In this document: piece by piece, positions 61,292 to 64,000 of the stretch | Position numbering within the stretch: position 1 is the first letter of the stretch | How the letters are laid out: every line of letters begins with the position of its first letter | Source of the DNA: Sphaerodactylus townsendi | Lineage: Eukaryota | Reading direction: 5' to 3' | Assembly (NCBI RefSeq): GCF_021028975.2 | Contig: NC_059428.1 | Coordinates: 45,322,001 to 45,386,000 of the forward strand | DNA: 64,000 nt | The notes under the pieces: generated by a model | Databases searched by the model: none | The model's input: the letters and a program-made list of their open reading frames with translations, nothing else | Told to the model about the DNA's origin: nothing | Translations under genes and position numbers: made by a program

Positions 61292-62310
61292 GCAAGTCTC
61301 AGACTCCTACTGCCAAGGCAAGTCTCCCCAATTCTATAGTTTTTCATTTGATTTTTCTTACCTAAATTCAGAATTTGGCATTATTGAAATTCATTTTGTT
61401 AGTTTTAGCCTAGAAGAAGAGTTTGGATTTATATCCCCCTTTTCTCTCCTGCAGGAGACTCAAAGGGGCTTACAATCTCCTTGCCCTTCCCCCCTCACAA
61501 CAAACACCCTGTGATGTGGGGCTGAGAGAGCTCCGAAGAGCTGTGACTAGCCCAAGGTCACCCAGCTGGCGTGTGTGGGAATGTACAGGCTAATCTGAAT
61601 TCTCCAGATGAGCCTCCACAGCTCAGGCGGCAGAGCTGGGAATCAAACCCGGTTCCTCCAGATTAGATACACGAGCTCTTAACCTCCTACGCCACTAGTG
61701 TTCCAGCCTGTCAAGATCATACTGTATCTTGACCCCCTCTTCTACTGTATTTGCTACCCCTCATCTGCAAATTTGATGAACATCTGTATTCCTTCATCCA
61801 AGTCAGATATTGAACAACACAAGGGCCAGGACAGATTCCTGAGGCACTCCACTTTTCACTCTTCTCCAAGAGGCTGAAGAACCATTAATAAGCACTGTTT
61901 GGATGCAATCTATCAATCAGTTATAAATCCAACTGACACTAATAAGATCCAAATCACATTTTAACCAACTTGTCAACAAGAATATCACAGGAACATTATC
62001 AAAAGCCTTATTTCAATTAAGATAAACTATGTCCACAGCAATCCCCTGATGCAACAAGATAGTAACTCTCTCATAAAAGGAGACATTGTTAATGTAACAT
62101 AACTTGTTTATGAGAAACCCATGCTGGCTATTAATAATCACAGTCATCCTTCCTAAAGGCCTGACTGTTGATTTGTTCTAAAATCTTTCCAGGTATACAT
62201 GTCAAACTGATTAGTTGGTAGTTACCTGGTAGTTACTTTTGCCCCTTCCTGAAGATGGGGATAACACTTGCCTACCATCAATGGCACCTCACTTGTTCTC
62301 CAAGAATTCT
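61292..62310 (-). mobile_element. Continuation of the CR1 LINE (RT region) with a nested SINE
   Basis: Decayed CR1 RT-like segments (SGVPQ.SV.GP.LFNI, KFADE) on the minus strand. Confidence 0.8.
61411..61696 (-). mobile_element. Squamate SINE nested in CR1
   Basis: tRNA-like head on the minus strand (GTGGCGTAG...GGTTTGATTCC) and (CTT)n tail. The same tail type occurs at about 8520-8605. Confidence 0.75.
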
Positions 62311-63090
62311 CTATATTGTTCTCTATAGTGTATATATTGTTCTCTATAGTGTATATAGTGTTCTCTATAGAATGTATATGGTAGCTGTTGTGTTTAAGTC
62401 ACTCAGGGAAAAATTGAGATACAATTTCTAGAAATGCTTCAGTAGTGAGGATTAAAAATTTAATTAATATAACAGTGTCTAAAGAATTATAGTTTGAATT
62501 TGCATATCATTGAAGACCAGATCACTCCATTTGATTTTTTTCCTGAAATTCAACTATGTTTTTATCCTGCCCTAGAGAATTTGATCTTTCAGGATGTTCA
62601 ATATGTTATGTGTCTTTTAAAGATAGGATTATTTTATACAGATATACCGTCACATGGCAACAAAGCTAAGAAGAGGTTTCTTATCACAAATAAAATTATG
62701 TTTAACTAAATATTCCTAATGAAGTGAGTATTAGAATGACTTGACAATCTTTTTCACCCAGTACAATAAAAAATGCTTTATAATCGACATTTGTGTGAAT
62801 GTTTGACCAGAGGCCCTCTTCTATAATGCAGGAACAAAGAAACATATCTTTAAATCGATCTCAGTTTTACATTTGCATTGCAGAAGATGGAATGCAGGCA
62901 CTCATATTTGAGCTCCTTCTAGATCAGGGTATATAATTCTGAGCAATGGACCCTAAGAGGAGAACCAAAAATGAGTGCAACGGGGCTATGTACACATAGG
63001 GGGATTTTTCTGCACCCCCTAGGCATGCAGAAAAATATCCTATTTTTGTTACTGGGGAAGGAAAGGTTACATAGTGACAGGGATATGAGA

Positions 63091-63603
63091 GGCCGTTTCC
63101 GCACGGGCAAATCATGGCGGCCTGGAGATGGTAAAACACCGCTCTGTGGCCGCTATTTTCGAGAGCGCCGGCACAACGCGGCAGCGAAGCCTTCAGCTGC
63201 CCGACTTGCTGCCGGCCTGAAGCCTGCGTTTCCCCAGAGCGCTTCCCAGCACTCTTTTTGGGGAAACGCCGGCATCAAGCCGCTGCCGAGCTTAACGGGC
63301 AGCGGCTTCATGCGCCTCGCCCACCTGGCACTCACCTTGTCCTCGGGCCTCCGGTAGCGTCGCGAGGCCTGGGACATGCCCCTGCCCTCGCCCGCTGGAG
63401 CAGGTTTACAGAGCTATGCGTCCCCAGGCACCTCGACGCCGATATCACTGGAGGTCTGCTGGATAGGCTGGTCCAGAGCTGAAGCCAGCTCAGCGGGCGG
63501 CTGCTCAGCTACTTCAAGGGCGTCCATGCAGACGGTCCCAGCGTCTTCAGGTCGGCGCGCAATGCGCCGACCTCGCCGTTTCCGCCGCCATGCGGAAACG
63601 GCC
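63091..63603. mobile_element. Harbinger/PIF-like MITE
   Basis: TIRs GGCCGTTTCCGCA / TGCGGAAACGGCC, TSD aga, CpG-rich. Confidence 0.85.
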
Positions 63604-64000
63604 AGAGAAAGTGGCGACTAGGCTAGGAAGGGATAAAGGGGCAGGAGAAATGGAATGAGGGAGAGAAGTGGAAATTAGCATTGGGAATGGGATTTCATCA
63701 TACAGGTCCCCAGCTTGCAGAAAACTAATGTATAAGGACATAGACTACACTTGCAGAGGTATAGTCTTTGGAATCTGTACACCTTTTCTGAATGTTTGAA
63801 TAAGATAATTTATATGGCCAAGCTGTAGAATTTTCATCACTCCGTGTGTATCTCTTCCTTGTAACGTATAATACACAAACAGAATATGGTGTACAACTGT
63901 ACTGTATGTTGCCCACCAGTGAAGTGAATTTGGGAAGATCAGATGATCAGTATGACTGTATTATTTCATCTGTTACATCAAGCATTGTTTATGATAGGAG

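Noticed and set aside
53045-64000. Upstream GUCA1C exons
   Set aside because: No EF-hand 3 or 4 coding segment was found on the minus strand. These exons probably lie beyond the window.

Overview
Vertebrate genomic DNA from a squamate reptile, probably a gecko (inferred from the repeat content). I assembled three protein-coding genes by hand from splice sites and recognisable motifs. TRAT1/TRIM is on + with 6 coding exons (12312-20145/20176). HJURP, the CENP-A chaperone, is on - (about 46714 down to 28845) with a CpG-island CDE/CHR plus CCAAT promoter. The last coding exon of GUCA1C/GCAP3 is on - (53044-52899). HJURP therefore lies between TRAT1 and GUCA1C, unlike in human. The rest is transposon-rich: Penelope-like elements with minimal hammerhead-ribozyme motifs, a young, internally deleted Tf1/sushi-type Gypsy element with an 11-nt self-priming PBS, CR1, L2 and DIRS fragments, SPIN and other hAT MITEs, Harbinger-like MITEs and SINEs. 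The most interesting signals are: (1) a fold-back cassette with hammerheads in both polarities inside HJURP, (2) a 149-bp inverted duplication bracketing a frame-disrupting, skippable HJURP exon, (3) the self-priming LTR element, and (4) a frameshift plus Penelope insertion at the TRAT1 C-terminus. All coordinates and translations were made by eye; comparisons with human proteins are from memory and no database search was run.
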